From the NCBI GenBank assembly GCA_038209745.1, contig JBBQXJ010000018.1, positions 1 to 60,948 on the forward strand: DNA of 60,948 nt. Direction: 5' to 3'. Source of the DNA: Verrucomicrobiota bacterium (lineage in GTDB: Bacteria > Verrucomicrobiota > Verrucomicrobiia > Limisphaerales > CANJSG01). Under the pieces are notes generated by a model. That model saw nothing but the letters and a program-made list of their open reading frames with translations, was not told where the DNA came from and did not search any database. Shown here in pieces: positions 37,338 to 46,973 of the stretch. A program made the translations under genes and the position numbers. Positions within the stretch are counted from its first letter, which is position 1. Each line of letters begins with the position of its first letter.

Positions 37338-38963
37338 ATGAAACACTTCCTCCCTGTCATCGCCGGATGTCTCGCGTTGCTCGTCGCCGGATGCGGCCCC
37401 AAGAGAACGCGGGCCGAGAACGCCGTCGACCAGCAGATCCTTCTGCTCGGCAACGGAGCCGAACCCCAGGGGCTGGACCCGCACCGGGTCGAGGGCATCA
37501 CGGAACACCACATCCTCATGGCGCTGAGCGAAGGATTGGCCGGGGCGGATCCGAAGACGTTGGAGCCCAAGCCGGGACAGGCCGAGAGCTGGGAGATCTC
37601 CCCGGACAAGAAGGTCTACACGTTCCACCTCCGGAAGAACGCCATCTGGTCCAACGGCGATCCCGTCACCGCCGACGACTTTGTCCAGTCCTACATCCGG
37701 ATCCTCACTCCCTCCTTGGGCTCCCACTACGCCGAGATGCTGCACTGCATCAAGAACGCGAAGGCCTTCAATCACGGCGAGATCAAGGATTCGTCCCAAC
37801 TGGGGCTGCGGGCGATCGACGCCAAGACGCTGGAAGTCACCCTCGAATGCCCCACCCCTTATCTGTTGAGCATGATCGCGCTCCACTACACTTGGTGGCC
37901 CGTCCACATGGCGACGATCCGCAAGTTCGGCGATCCCTATTCGCCCGGAAACACGGATTGGACCCGCCCGGAAAACATGGTCTGCAACGGACCGTTCGTC
38001 CTGACCGTGTGGAAACCGAGCAACATCCTCAGCGTCCGTCGCAACACGAACTACTGGAACACGGCCAACGTGAAGCTCAACGGGATCGACTTTTTCCCCA
38101 TCGAAAGCTATGACAGCGAAGAGCGGAGCTTCCGGGCCGGCCAGTTGCACCAGACCGAGAGCCTGCCCCAGGCCAAGATCGATGTTTACAAGAAGGACAA
38201 CCCCGGCGTCCTGCGTCTCGATCCCTACCTCGCGAACTACTTCTACCGGATCAATGTCACCGACCCCGTGTTGAAGGACAAACGCCTCCGCCACGCGCTC
38301 AGCCAAGCCATCGACCGCAAGGCCATCGTGGACTCCGTGGCCCGGGGCGACCAGCAGGCCGCCTTCGCTCTGACACCGCCCGACACCGCCGGATACACGC
38401 CCCGCGCCCAGCTCAAGTTCGACATCGACGGAGCCAAGAAACTCCTCGCTGAAGCCGGTTATCCCGATGGGAAAGGACTTCCTCCCATCGAGATCCACTA
38501 CAACACCTCCGAAGGCCACAAGGCCATTGCCGAGGCCATCCAGCAGATGTGGAAGAAGAACCTCGGCATCGAGGTCACCCTGCGGAACGAAGAGTGGAAG
38601 GTCTACATGGCGACCCAGAACCAGACCAACTACATGATCAGCCGCGCCGGTTGGACCGGCGACTACATCGACCCCAACACCTTCCTCAGCACCTTCCTCT
38701 CCTATGCCGGCAACAACCGCACCGGCTGGAACAATCCGGAGTATGATCGCCTGGTCGAGGCCGCCGCCTGCATGGCCGACGAAAAGGAACGCTACGAAAC
38801 CTTTCAAAAGGCCGAGGCCATCCTGCTCGACGACCTTCCCCTCATCCCCATCTACTATTACACCCGCGTCCATCTCATGAGCGCCGTGGTGAAGGGAAGC
38901 TATCCCAACCTCCTGGACATCCATCCCTACCAGGACATCTACCTGGAAGCGCCGGCGAAATAG
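37338..38963 (+). CDS. Oligopeptide ABC transporter substrate-binding lipoprotein (OppA-like)
   Basis: LVAGC lipobox; EP..LDP, WSNGDPVTA.DF, NGPF and R.GW.GDY.DP family-5 SBP motifs. Confidence 0.93.
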   Translation: MKHFLPVIAGCLALLVAGCGPKRTRAENAVDQQILLLGNGAEPQGLDPHRVEGITEHHILMALSEGLAGADPKTLEPKPGQAESWEISPDKKVYTFHLRKNAIWSNGDPVTADDFVQSYIRILTPSLGSHYAEMLHCIKNAKAFNHGEIKDSSQLGLRAIDAKTLEVTLECPTPYLLSMIALHYTWWPVHMATIRKFGDPYSPGNTDWTRPENMVCNGPFVLTVWKPSNILSVRRNTNYWNTANVKLNGIDFFPIESYDSEERSFRAGQLHQTESLPQAKIDVYKKDNPGVLRLDPYLANYFYRINVTDPVLKDKRLRHALSQAIDRKAIVDSVARGDQQAAFALTPPDTAGYTPRAQLKFDIDGAKKLLAEAGYPDGKGLPPIEIHYNTSEGHKAIAEAIQQMWKKNLGIEVTLRNEEWKVYMATQNQTNYMISRAGWTGDYIDPNTFLSTFLSYAGNNRTGWNNPEYDRLVEAAACMADEKERYETFQKAEAILLDDLPLIPIYYYTRVHLMSAVVKGSYPNLLDIHPYQDIYLEAPAK

Positions 38964-38989
38964 GTCCCTCCTTTTCAGCCGTTTCTGGC

Positions 38990-39023
38990 AGAGCGCGGCC
39001 CGAGGGCCGCGCTCTTTGCTTTT
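38990..39023 (+). terminator. Intrinsic terminator
   Basis: agagcgcggcc-cgag-ggccgcgctct followed by ttgctttt. Confidence 0.8.
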
Positions 39024-39185
39024 ACGGAACGCGCCCCATCGCCCTCGATTGGGGCACCCCGTGTCTTGCCGCGTCCCGGACCCTCCACAGTCGGAGTGGC
39101 GTCCGCCTTGCTACGTTCTCACGGAGTCCGGATCCGCGCTGTGCTGTCACTGTCTTTTCCCGGGCAAATCCGAGAACCGAATCCC

Positions 39186-40439
39186 GTGAAACGTCCCGTC
39201 AGCCACCGCCGCAACCGCATCCTCGCAAGAGGGATGGGGGTTGTCGCGGGATCGGGCGCGGTGGGCGCCCTGCTCGCGCTTGTTCCTTGCGGCCTTCATG
39301 CGGCCTCGTTGGGACAGGACGGGGATGGAGATTTTTCTGCCGGGAGCCAGGAGGCAGAATCGAGCTGGTTCTCGATCCCGGAAACTTCGGCCGAGGCTCC
39401 GACCCGGCCTCTGCGACTCTCCTCCGGTCCGATCAAGCGCGGAACCGGCGGCGTGATCGGAGCGATCAACGGGCAGTTCTTCGAGACGAACGGCCCGGTC
39501 AGCTTCTCCGTCCAGGCTTGGCTTCCGCACGAGACCCATCCCGGGTCGCGCCGTTATTCGGTGGACCACATCGAGGGCGGTCTCACCGTCGATCTGGTGC
39601 CCTGGGCCAAGATGCGTTTGGGCCACTTCGACGCGCTCGGTGGACGCGAGGAATTCGTCGCCATCCAGCAATACTCCTATTTCGAGTTCAACCCGCCCGC
39701 CCAGCAGATGATGTTGGAGCGGCTGGCCTCCCCGGGACAGTCCGACGCCATGACCCGCCATCTGTTGCCACGGGGCGCCGGGGCCTTCTCCGAGTTGGGC
39801 TTTCAGGTCTACGACTCGATGGACACGGAAGACTGGGAAAACTCCTACGCCGTGATGCTTGGCAATGGAGGGAGGTTCTCCGGCGCGGAATACGCGTTTC
39901 AACCGGAGCTCACGGGCTACTGGTCGTCCACTTGGTTGTCGGGGGATTGGCGTTCTCCCGGTGACGGACTGAAGCTGTTTGGCTGGGGACAGCGAGGGGA
40001 ACGCGAAGTGTCGGCCGCTGGAGCCGGCCTCTCCTTCCAGTCGCGCTGGGGAATGGGCACGAGCTTTCGGCGGGGGCGATGGCGCTCTTCGCTGGAGTAT
40101 ATCGGCGCGGGCGGGTTGAGCTCCACCCACGGTTTCGCGGGCGGCGCGACCTTGCCCAGCGGCTCGGGAACGACCTGGGGTTGGTCGTGGGACACCGCCT
40201 ACCAGGTTCATCCCCTTTGCGAACTGGCGCTGCGTTTCGACGAGGTGTTCCGAAATTTCGGCGACGTCCGTGGTCGTCTCGACACGCTGACCTTCGGAGC
40301 GCAGGTGTTGCTGGGGAAGGACCTCCGGGGTCTGCTCAACTACGAGCTGCATTGGCCGGAGGGACTGGGTTCCGGGTCGTCGGATCGGGGAACGGGAATC
40401 GAGCATCTGATCGCGGCCCAGTTGGCGTTCAGTTTTTGA
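39186..40439 (+). CDS. Putative outer-membrane beta-barrel/porin (start uncertain)
   Basis: Signal-like leader, alternating amphipathic strands, terminal AQLAFSF. Confidence 0.6.
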   Translation: MKRPVSHRRNRILARGMGVVAGSGAVGALLALVPCGLHAASLGQDGDGDFSAGSQEAESSWFSIPETSAEAPTRPLRLSSGPIKRGTGGVIGAINGQFFETNGPVSFSVQAWLPHETHPGSRRYSVDHIEGGLTVDLVPWAKMRLGHFDALGGREEFVAIQQYSYFEFNPPAQQMMLERLASPGQSDAMTRHLLPRGAGAFSELGFQVYDSMDTEDWENSYAVMLGNGGRFSGAEYAFQPELTGYWSSTWLSGDWRSPGDGLKLFGWGQRGEREVSAAGAGLSFQSRWGMGTSFRRGRWRSSLEYIGAGGLSSTHGFAGGATLPSGSGTTWGWSWDTAYQVHPLCELALRFDEVFRNFGDVRGRLDTLTFGAQVLLGKDLRGLLNYELHWPEGLGSGSSDRGTGIEHLIAAQLAFSF

Positions 40440-40465
40440 AGCCGTCGGCGCTCCGAGACCCACGG

Positions 40466-40494
40466 AAAAGGCGCGAACCTTGCGGTTCGCGCCT
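40466..40494 (-). terminator. Intrinsic terminator of fba
   Basis: aggcgcgaacc-ttgc-ggttcgcgcct with a T4 tail on the minus strand. Confidence 0.75.
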
Positions 40495-40520
40495 CTCGTG
40501 TTTCAAAGGGTGCTCGCGGT

Positions 40521-41486
40521 TCAGTCGAAGGCGTGACCGGCGCAGCAGAGGACGTCGCGGATCTTGTGGCGGACGAGTTCCTTCACTTTGGACCGGGCCG
40601 GGGCGAGATACTTGCGCGGATCGAACTCCTTTGGATTTTCCGCGAAAACCTTGCGGATGGCCGCAGTCATGGCCAAGCGGAGATCGGTGTCGATGTTGAC
40701 CTTGGTGCAACCGATTCGGCGGGCGATCTCGATGTCGGCTTCGGGCACGCCGGCGGTCTCTTCTCCCATCGCGCCGCCGTATTTGTTGATCTCCTGCGCG
40801 AGTTCCTTCGGCACCGATGAGGCACCGTGGAGCACGAGCGGGTAGTCGCCCATGCCGGCGTCGAGCAAGGCCTTCTTGATGGCCTTGAGGCGTTCCAGGT
40901 CGAGATGCTGTTCGCCCTTGAACTTATAGGCGCCGTGGCTGTTGCCGATGGCGACCGCGAGGGAGTCGACGCCGGACTGGCGGACGAACTGGACGGCCTC
41001 TTCAGGATGGGTGTAGGCGCCGCCTTTGGAGTAGCTGCCGCCTTCCTCACCGTCGTCGTGCTGCGCGCCGACCAACATGCCGAGTTCGCCCTCGACCACG
41101 CAGTTGTGCTTGTGGGCGTAGTCCACGACCTTGCGGCAGACTTCCACGTTCTTCTCGAACGGGTCGTGGGAGGCATCGATCATGACACTGGTGAAGCCTT
41201 CGTCGATGCACTGCTTGCAGAGCTCGAAGCTGTCGCCGTGGTCCAGATGGACGGCGATGGGGATGGTGCTGAGGCTGACGGCGGCTTCGATGAGCTTCTT
41301 CAGATACACGGGGTTCGCATAGTCGCGCGCGCCCTTGGAGATCTGGAGCATGACGGGAGCCTTTTCCTCTTCGCAGGCTTCGATGATGGCCTGGAGAAGC
41401 TCCATGTTGTTCACGTTGAAGGCGCCCAGGGCATATTTGCCCTTCAGCGCCTTGGCGAAGAGGTCTCGAGTGTGGGTCAGTGGCAT
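40521..41486 (-). CDS. fba: Class II fructose-1,6-bisphosphate aldolase
   Basis: GAFNVNN, HLDHG, SVMIDAS, VEGELG, IGNSHG, LHGASS, KVNIDTD. Confidence 0.96.
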   Translation of the reverse strand: MPLTHTRDLFAKALKGKYALGAFNVNNMELLQAIIEACEEEKAPVMLQISKGARDYANPVYLKKLIEAAVSLSTIPIAVHLDHGDSFELCKQCIDEGFTSVMIDASHDPFEKNVEVCRKVVDYAHKHNCVVEGELGMLVGAQHDDGEEGGSYSKGGAYTHPEEAVQFVRQSGVDSLAVAIGNSHGAYKFKGEQHLDLERLKAIKKALLDAGMGDYPLVLHGASSVPKELAQEINKYGGAMGEETAGVPEADIEIARRIGCTKVNIDTDLRLAMTAAIRKVFAENPKEFDPRKYLAPARSKVKELVRHKIRDVLCCAGHAFD

Positions 41487-41696
41487 AAGCTAGATGGAAG
41501 AATTCCGACTTAACGGCGGATCAAAACAGGAGCGGAAGTTAGGAGTCGGACTTCTAAATTGGAAACACTTTTGTCGCCCTCTCCCGTTCCTGCTCATTTG
41601 CGTCGACGCGGATTCTGCCTTCCTTTAGATACGGTTTTCAACTTGGCGTGGTTCGGCACCGTTTGATTGAAGCGGGGCCGCCCAGCCCGGTCGCAT

Positions 41697-42308
41697 ATGA
41701 GCCACCAGCTGAAACGAGTCGAATCCGAAGAGCGCGCGCGGGTCAATGGGCACCCCGGATGCGTCGTTTGGCTCACGGGACTCAGCGGCTCGGGCAAGTC
41801 GACTGTTTCCACCGCGCTGGAACGCCACTTGTTCAACGGCGGTCGGCAGGTCTATGTGCTCGACGGCGATACCCTCCGGAACGGATTGAGCAAGGATCTT
41901 GGGTTCTCCCCGGACGCCCGAAAGGAGAACATTCGCCGCGCCGCCCAAGTCGCCGCCCTGTTCGCCAATGCCGGCATGATCAGCATCGGCGCCTTCATCT
42001 CCCCCTATCGTTCAGAGCGGGAACTGGCCCGTTCGCTCGTGCCGCCCGGGCGTTTCATCGAGGTCTATCTGGATGCGTCGGTCGCGGTCTGTGAACGCCG
42101 CGATCCCAAAGGCCTCTACGCCAAGGCTCGGGCCGGCTTGATCCCGGAGTTCACCGGCATATCCGCTCCCTATGAACCGCCAAGAGCCCCGGAATTGAGC
42201 CTCAAGACCGACCTGCTCTCGGTGGAGCAGTGCGTCGCCGGGATCGTCGCCAAGTTGGAGGCGGTGGCCGAAGGGTTGTGGACCTTCCGAAGTCGCGATG
42301 GCGTTTAA
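41697..42308 (+). CDS. cysC: Adenylyl-sulfate kinase
   Basis: WLTGLSGSGKST, LDGD, ENIRR, RDPKGLY, FTGISAPYE. Confidence 0.95.
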   Translation: MSHQLKRVESEERARVNGHPGCVVWLTGLSGSGKSTVSTALERHLFNGGRQVYVLDGDTLRNGLSKDLGFSPDARKENIRRAAQVAALFANAGMISIGAFISPYRSERELARSLVPPGRFIEVYLDASVAVCERRDPKGLYAKARAGLIPEFTGISAPYEPPRAPELSLKTDLLSVEQCVAGIVAKLEAVAEGLWTFRSRDGV

Positions 42309-42624
42309 CGGGAAGCTCCTCTTCCTGAATCGGATGTAATTGATTTTCTGTCGACCCCTGCGGTCTTGGACGCTGGGCTTGGGTCATGGCCTTCACCGGC
42401 TGGTTTCTGGAGTTTTTTGAGGCCGTTGCCCCGCAGCTCTTTCCGCCATCGTGTGGTAGGCGCATTCGTCCGACCTTCCACGGCGAGTCCAGTCCTGCGG
42501 GACTACGCCCGGCTCGCCGTCGATCAGGTGACGGCGCAGAATTGGCCCAGGCCCGTTTTATCCCCTTTTCTCCGACGATTTGCTTTCCGACAACCTTCCC
42601 CGCACTGTCTGGCCTGCGTTCAAA

Positions 42625-44037
42625 ATGAACTCTGATACCCGTCCGCCACTCGACATCCGCGCGTTGCTCAAGCAACACGAAGGCCGCAACTACGACCTGC
42701 ACTCGGCCCACGTCAATCCGGCCAACGTCCGCACGCTGCGCACCATCGGTTTCGACCGCTGCTACACGCGTGCCGAAGGTCCGTATCTCTGGGACGTCGA
42801 AGGCACCAAGTATCTCGACCTGCTCTCCGGCTACGGCGTCTTCAGCCTTGGCCGGAACCACCCCGAAGTCCGCCAGATCCTCAAGGACTTCATGGACGCC
42901 GACTACTCCAGCCTCGTGAAGATGGAGGCCCCTCTTCTCAGCGGCTTGCTGGCCGAGGACCTGAAGAAGCGGATGCCCAACCAGCTCGACATGGTGTTCT
43001 TCACCAACTCGGGCGCGGAAGGCGTCGAGACCGCGATCAAGTATGCCAAGTGCGCCACGGGCAAGCCGGCGATCCTCCACTGCCAAAAAGCCTTCCACGG
43101 CCTGAGCTACGGCTCCCTCTCCGTGAATGGCGACGACAGCTTCCGGAGCGGCTTCGGCCCCTTCATGCCGGACTGCCGGATGATCCCGTTCAACGATCTC
43201 GACGCGCTGGAAAAAGAGCTGAAGAAAGGCGACGTCGCCGGCTTCGTGGTGGAACCCATCCAGGGCAAAGGCGTCAACATTCCCGCTCCAGGCTATCTGC
43301 GCGACGCCATCGCGCTCTGCCGGAAACACGGCGCCATCTTCATCGACGACGAAGTCCAGACCGGCATGGGCCGCACCGGCAAGTTCCTCGCCATCGAGCA
43401 TGAGGGGCCCGGCATGGATCCCGACATCGTCGTCCTCTCCAAGGCGCTCTCCGGTGGCTACGTGCCCGTCGGCGCCGTGCTCTCGAAGAAGTGGATCCAC
43501 GAGAAAGTCTTCTCCTCCATGCAGCGTTCGGTGGTGCATTCCTCGACCTTCAGCCAGGGCAGCTTCGCCATGGCCGCCGGGCTGGCCGCGCTCGACGTCA
43601 TCGACCGCCACGGCTTGATCAAGCAGGCCGAAATCCGCGGCAACCAGATTGGCGAAGGCGTGGCCGCGATGATCCCGCGTTTCGAGTTCCTGAAGGGTGT
43701 CCGTTGGCGCGGCTTGATGGTCGGCATCGAGTTCGGTTCGCCGCGTTCACTGACGCTGAAGGCTGCGTGGACCATTACCCACGGTCTCGACAAAAGCCTC
43801 TTCCCCCAGGCGGCGATCATTCCGTTGATGGACAAGCACCACATCATCACGCAGGTCGCCGGGCACGCCATCGACGTGCTCAAGCTCCTCCCGCCGCTGG
43901 TCATCAGCGACGACGACGTGCAGTGGTTCCTGAAGTCGTTCGAGGAAGTGATGGTCCAGATGCACAAGTTCCCCGGCCCCGCCTGGGACGTGCTCATGGA
44001 CATCGGCAAGAACGCGCTGACATCGCGGGCGAGGTAG
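42625..44037 (+). CDS. Class III PLP aminotransferase, HpnO-like
   Basis: NSGAE, AFHG, EPIQG, DEVQTGMGRTG, SKALSGG; M.R.VVH.STF resembles aminohopanoid synthase HpnO. Confidence 0.85.
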   Translation: MNSDTRPPLDIRALLKQHEGRNYDLHSAHVNPANVRTLRTIGFDRCYTRAEGPYLWDVEGTKYLDLLSGYGVFSLGRNHPEVRQILKDFMDADYSSLVKMEAPLLSGLLAEDLKKRMPNQLDMVFFTNSGAEGVETAIKYAKCATGKPAILHCQKAFHGLSYGSLSVNGDDSFRSGFGPFMPDCRMIPFNDLDALEKELKKGDVAGFVVEPIQGKGVNIPAPGYLRDAIALCRKHGAIFIDDEVQTGMGRTGKFLAIEHEGPGMDPDIVVLSKALSGGYVPVGAVLSKKWIHEKVFSSMQRSVVHSSTFSQGSFAMAAGLAALDVIDRHGLIKQAEIRGNQIGEGVAAMIPRFEFLKGVRWRGLMVGIEFGSPRSLTLKAAWTITHGLDKSLFPQAAIIPLMDKHHIITQVAGHAIDVLKLLPPLVISDDDVQWFLKSFEEVMVQMHKFPGPAWDVLMDIGKNALTSRAR

Positions 44038-44040
44038 AAG

Positions 44041-44210
44041 GTAGGACAGGCTTCCAGCCTGTTCCGCCACACCGGTAGGGCTGCGTTGCCGCGCAGCCCA
44101 AACATCCGCAGGAAACCAGCGCAGAGCCGTTTCCGATTCCCCTCATTCGAGCGCCTGCCGAGTCGAGTGGTTCTCTTCAGCCCCAGGGTCAGGCTGAAAG
44201 CCTGACCTAC
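44041..44210. repeat. GTAG REPIN-like doublet with a nested second REP (44074-44099)
   Basis: gtaggacaggcttccagcctgt / gtcaggctgaaagcctgacctac; inner ggtagggctgcgttgccgcgcagccc. Confidence 0.8.
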
Positions 44211-44575
44211 TCTGGTGGCGGATCAATCGAGTGCCCCGGCACCGAGCAACGCGGCGGCTCACCGACTGTCGTGACCGAGTAGGTGCCGCCCGCCGGACAG
44301 GTGAGTTCCACGTTGATCAACGGGCCGATCATCTTGTTCGTGCCGCCAGAAATGTCGGCGAATGCGATTCGGTTGGTCGCGGCCAATTTGTTCTCCAAGG
44401 CATACATCTCGATTGCTCCTTCGATCTGCTTGAGGTTCGCGATGCAGACGTTTTGCTTTCTGAAGGGTGAATCGCGCCTAGGAGGAACGGCAAAGTTGGG
44501 AACAACGACCAAAGCTCCGACGACGAGAACCACGGCGACAATCCCGATCTTCATTCCGCTGCTGAGCGATTTCAT
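44207..44575 (-). CDS. Pilin/pseudopilin-like small protein, copy 2
   Basis: TM helix, VVPNF, CIANLKQIEGA, CPAGGTY and PRCS motifs. Confidence 0.75.
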   Translation of the reverse strand: MKSLSSGMKIGIVAVVLVVGALVVVPNFAVPPRRDSPFRKQNVCIANLKQIEGAIEMYALENKLAATNRIAFADISGGTNKMIGPLINVELTCPAGGTYSVTTVGEPPRCSVPGHSIDPPPE

Positions 44576-44627
44576 GGCGGATGAAACATTCGTTTCGCGG
44601 AATAGTTTCCGGTCTCTGCGCGCAATC

Positions 44628-44960
44628 TCACAGCGAGTGCCCGGGAATCGAGCATCGCGGCGGTTCTCCAACGGTGGTGACCGAGTAGACACCGCCTGCC
44701 GGACAGGTCATCCCGGCGTTGATCAGCGGGCGAATCGGCTTTTCCTGGCCGCCTGACAGATCCGTGATGGAAACTCGATTGGTGGGCTCCAGCTTGTTCT
44801 CCAGCGCATATAGCTCGATCGCGCCCTGGACCTGTTTGAGGTTGGCGACGCAGGCGTTGGTGCACGGTGTTGTCCGCGCTTTGATGATGTTGGGGATGGC
44901 CACCGCGGCCAGCAAAGCTCCTCCCGCCAAGACGATTCCAGTTGTGATCTTCCAGCCCAT
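44628..44960 (-). CDS. Pilin/pseudopilin-like small protein, copy 1
   Basis: LLAAVAIPNIIKAR, CVANLKQVQGA, CPAGGVY and PRCS motifs. Confidence 0.78.
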   Translation of the reverse strand: MGWKITTGIVLAGGALLAAVAIPNIIKARTTPCTNACVANLKQVQGAIELYALENKLEPTNRVSITDLSGGQEKPIRPLINAGMTCPAGGVYSVTTVGEPPRCSIPGHSL

Positions 44961-45084
44961 GCCGTTCTGAACACCTCCGGCCGTTCAAAGTTCCGTCGGT
45001 AACGAAAGACGAGAACGCTTCAACGCGAAGTCCACGGATACGAGCACCGGTGAAGCTCCTTCACCGAGGAAACTGCGGCGTCCT

Positions 45085-46098
45085 TCAGCCTCGGAAGCTC
45101 GCCAGCAACTCTTCGGGCGTGACCGTCGCGGTGCCTACCTTGCCCACCACCACGCCGCTGGCGTGGTTGGAGAAGATCGCGGCCTCGATCGGCGAGGCTC
45201 CGGCGGCGATGGCGGCCGTGAAGGTGGCGATGACCGTGTCGCCCGCGCCGGACACGTCGAAGACTTCCTGCGCGACGGTTGGGATGTGGAACGGCTTTTC
45301 GTCGCGACGACAGAGCAGCATGCCCAGCTCGCTCAGGGTGATCAGCAGCAGCGCGGGCTGGATCTCGCCCAGCAGCTTCTCGGCGACGCTGAGCAACGCC
45401 TCGTCCTTGAGCGGATCGGTGGCGCGCCGTTGGTCGGAAATGCCGGCCAGCTCGAAGGCTTCTTTGCGGTTGGGAGTGATGAGCGAGACGCCCGAGATGT
45501 CCACCTTGTGCACGGGTTTCGGATCGAGGCTCAGCCAGATGCCGCGCGGTCGGCAGAGCGCCTTCAGCTCGTCCAGCAGCGGCTGCGTGACGACGCCCTT
45601 GCCGTAGTCGCCGATGATGATGGCGTCCGTCTTGGGCAGGGCCGCTTCGATGGCGGCGAGCAGCCGGGACGTTTCCTTGAGCGTGAGATCGTCGCGGGTT
45701 TCGCGGTCGAGCCGGACGACCTGCTGCTGCTGCGCGACGATCCGGGTCTTGATCGACGTGTTGCGGCCGACGATGGCGAGCAGCCCTTTCGAAACGATGG
45801 CCTGCTCGGTCAGCAGCTTGCGGAACTTGAGCGCGGTCTCGTCCTTGCCGACGGCGCCGAAGAGCTCCACGGGCGTCTTCAATTCGGCGAGATTGCGGGC
45901 CACGTTGGCGGCGCCGCCCGGCATGAAACTCTCGCGGTCGAACTCGACCACCGGCACCGGCGCTTCCGGCGAGATGCGGGTAACCCGGCCCCAGACGAAC
46001 TGGTCCAGCATCACGTCGCCGACCACGAGGACGCGGGCTTTCGTGAGCTTCTTGAGGAGGTCTTTGACGCGGGCGAGCGGAAGGGTGGGATGGCTCAT
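45085..46098 (-). CDS. rfaE1: D-glycero-beta-D-manno-heptose-7-phosphate kinase (stand-alone RfaE domain I)
   Basis: GDVMLD, RISPEAPVPV, GGAANVA, DYGKG, TPN..E, DVSGAGDT. Confidence 0.92.
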   Translation of the reverse strand: MSHPTLPLARVKDLLKKLTKARVLVVGDVMLDQFVWGRVTRISPEAPVPVVEFDRESFMPGGAANVARNLAELKTPVELFGAVGKDETALKFRKLLTEQAIVSKGLLAIVGRNTSIKTRIVAQQQQVVRLDRETRDDLTLKETSRLLAAIEAALPKTDAIIIGDYGKGVVTQPLLDELKALCRPRGIWLSLDPKPVHKVDISGVSLITPNRKEAFELAGISDQRRATDPLKDEALLSVAEKLLGEIQPALLLITLSELGMLLCRRDEKPFHIPTVAQEVFDVSGAGDTVIATFTAAIAAGASPIEAAIFSNHASGVVVGKVGTATVTPEELLASFRG

Positions 46099-46113
46099 GA
46101 AGAAGATCAGGAA

Positions 46114-46896
46114 TCAGTTGAGGAACGCAGTCAGCGGGCTGGTCGGACTGGCGGTGTCGAGCGGCGCGCCGAGGCCGAGCTCGTAGGCGTCGCGGCCGGC
46201 TTCGACCGCCATCTTGAAGGCGCGCGCCATGCGGTTCGGATCATGGGCGATGGCGATGGCGGTGTTGACCAGGACGGCGTCGGCCCCGAGCTCCATCGCT
46301 TCCGCCGCGTGGCTGGGCGCGCCGATGCCGGCATCGATCACGACCGGCACGGTGGCCTGCTCGATGATGATCCGGAGCTGGCTGCGCGTCTCGAGTCCGC
46401 GATTGGATCCAATGGGCGAGCCGAGCGGCATGACCGTGGCCGTGCCGACATCCTGGAGCCTCCTGGCCAGCACGGGATCGGCGTTGATATAGGGCAGCAC
46501 CACGAAGCCTTCCTTCACGAGAATCTCGGCGGCCTTCAACGTCTCCACCGCATCCGGCAGCAGGTAGCGCGGGTCGGGATGGATCTCGAGCTTGATCCAC
46601 TTGGGCAGTCCAGCGGCGGCCGCGAGGCGGGAAAGGCGGACGGCTTCCTCGGCGTTCATCGCGCCGGAGGTGTTGGGCAGCACGAGGTATTTCGTCGGGT
46701 CGATGAATTCCAGGATGTTCGCGAAGGGATCCTTCTTGCCGGACAGATCCGCTCGGCGCAGGGCGACCGTGACCATCTGGGTGCCGCTGGCCACGAGCGC
46801 GTCGCGCATGGCTTCGGGCGCGGAAAATTTGCCCGTGCCCAGAAAGAGGCGGGACGAGAACTCACGACCGGCGATGACCAACGGCTTCAGCGACAT
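46114..46896 (-). CDS. thiG: Thiazole synthase
   Basis: [40 protein letters not shown]. Confidence 0.96.
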   Translation of the reverse strand: MSLKPLVIAGREFSSRLFLGTGKFSAPEAMRDALVASGTQMVTVALRRADLSGKKDPFANILEFIDPTKYLVLPNTSGAMNAEEAVRLSRLAAAAGLPKWIKLEIHPDPRYLLPDAVETLKAAEILVKEGFVVLPYINADPVLARRLQDVGTATVMPLGSPIGSNRGLETRSQLRIIIEQATVPVVIDAGIGAPSHAAEAMELGADAVLVNTAIAIAHDPNRMARAFKMAVEAGRDAYELGLGAPLDTASPTSPLTAFLN

Positions 46897-46973
46897 GACG
46901 GGGAATGATGGAAGCGGGCCAAGCGGCTTGTCGAGTGGCGGCTTGATCGGCTGCGCTTTGGAATCGATGGACA

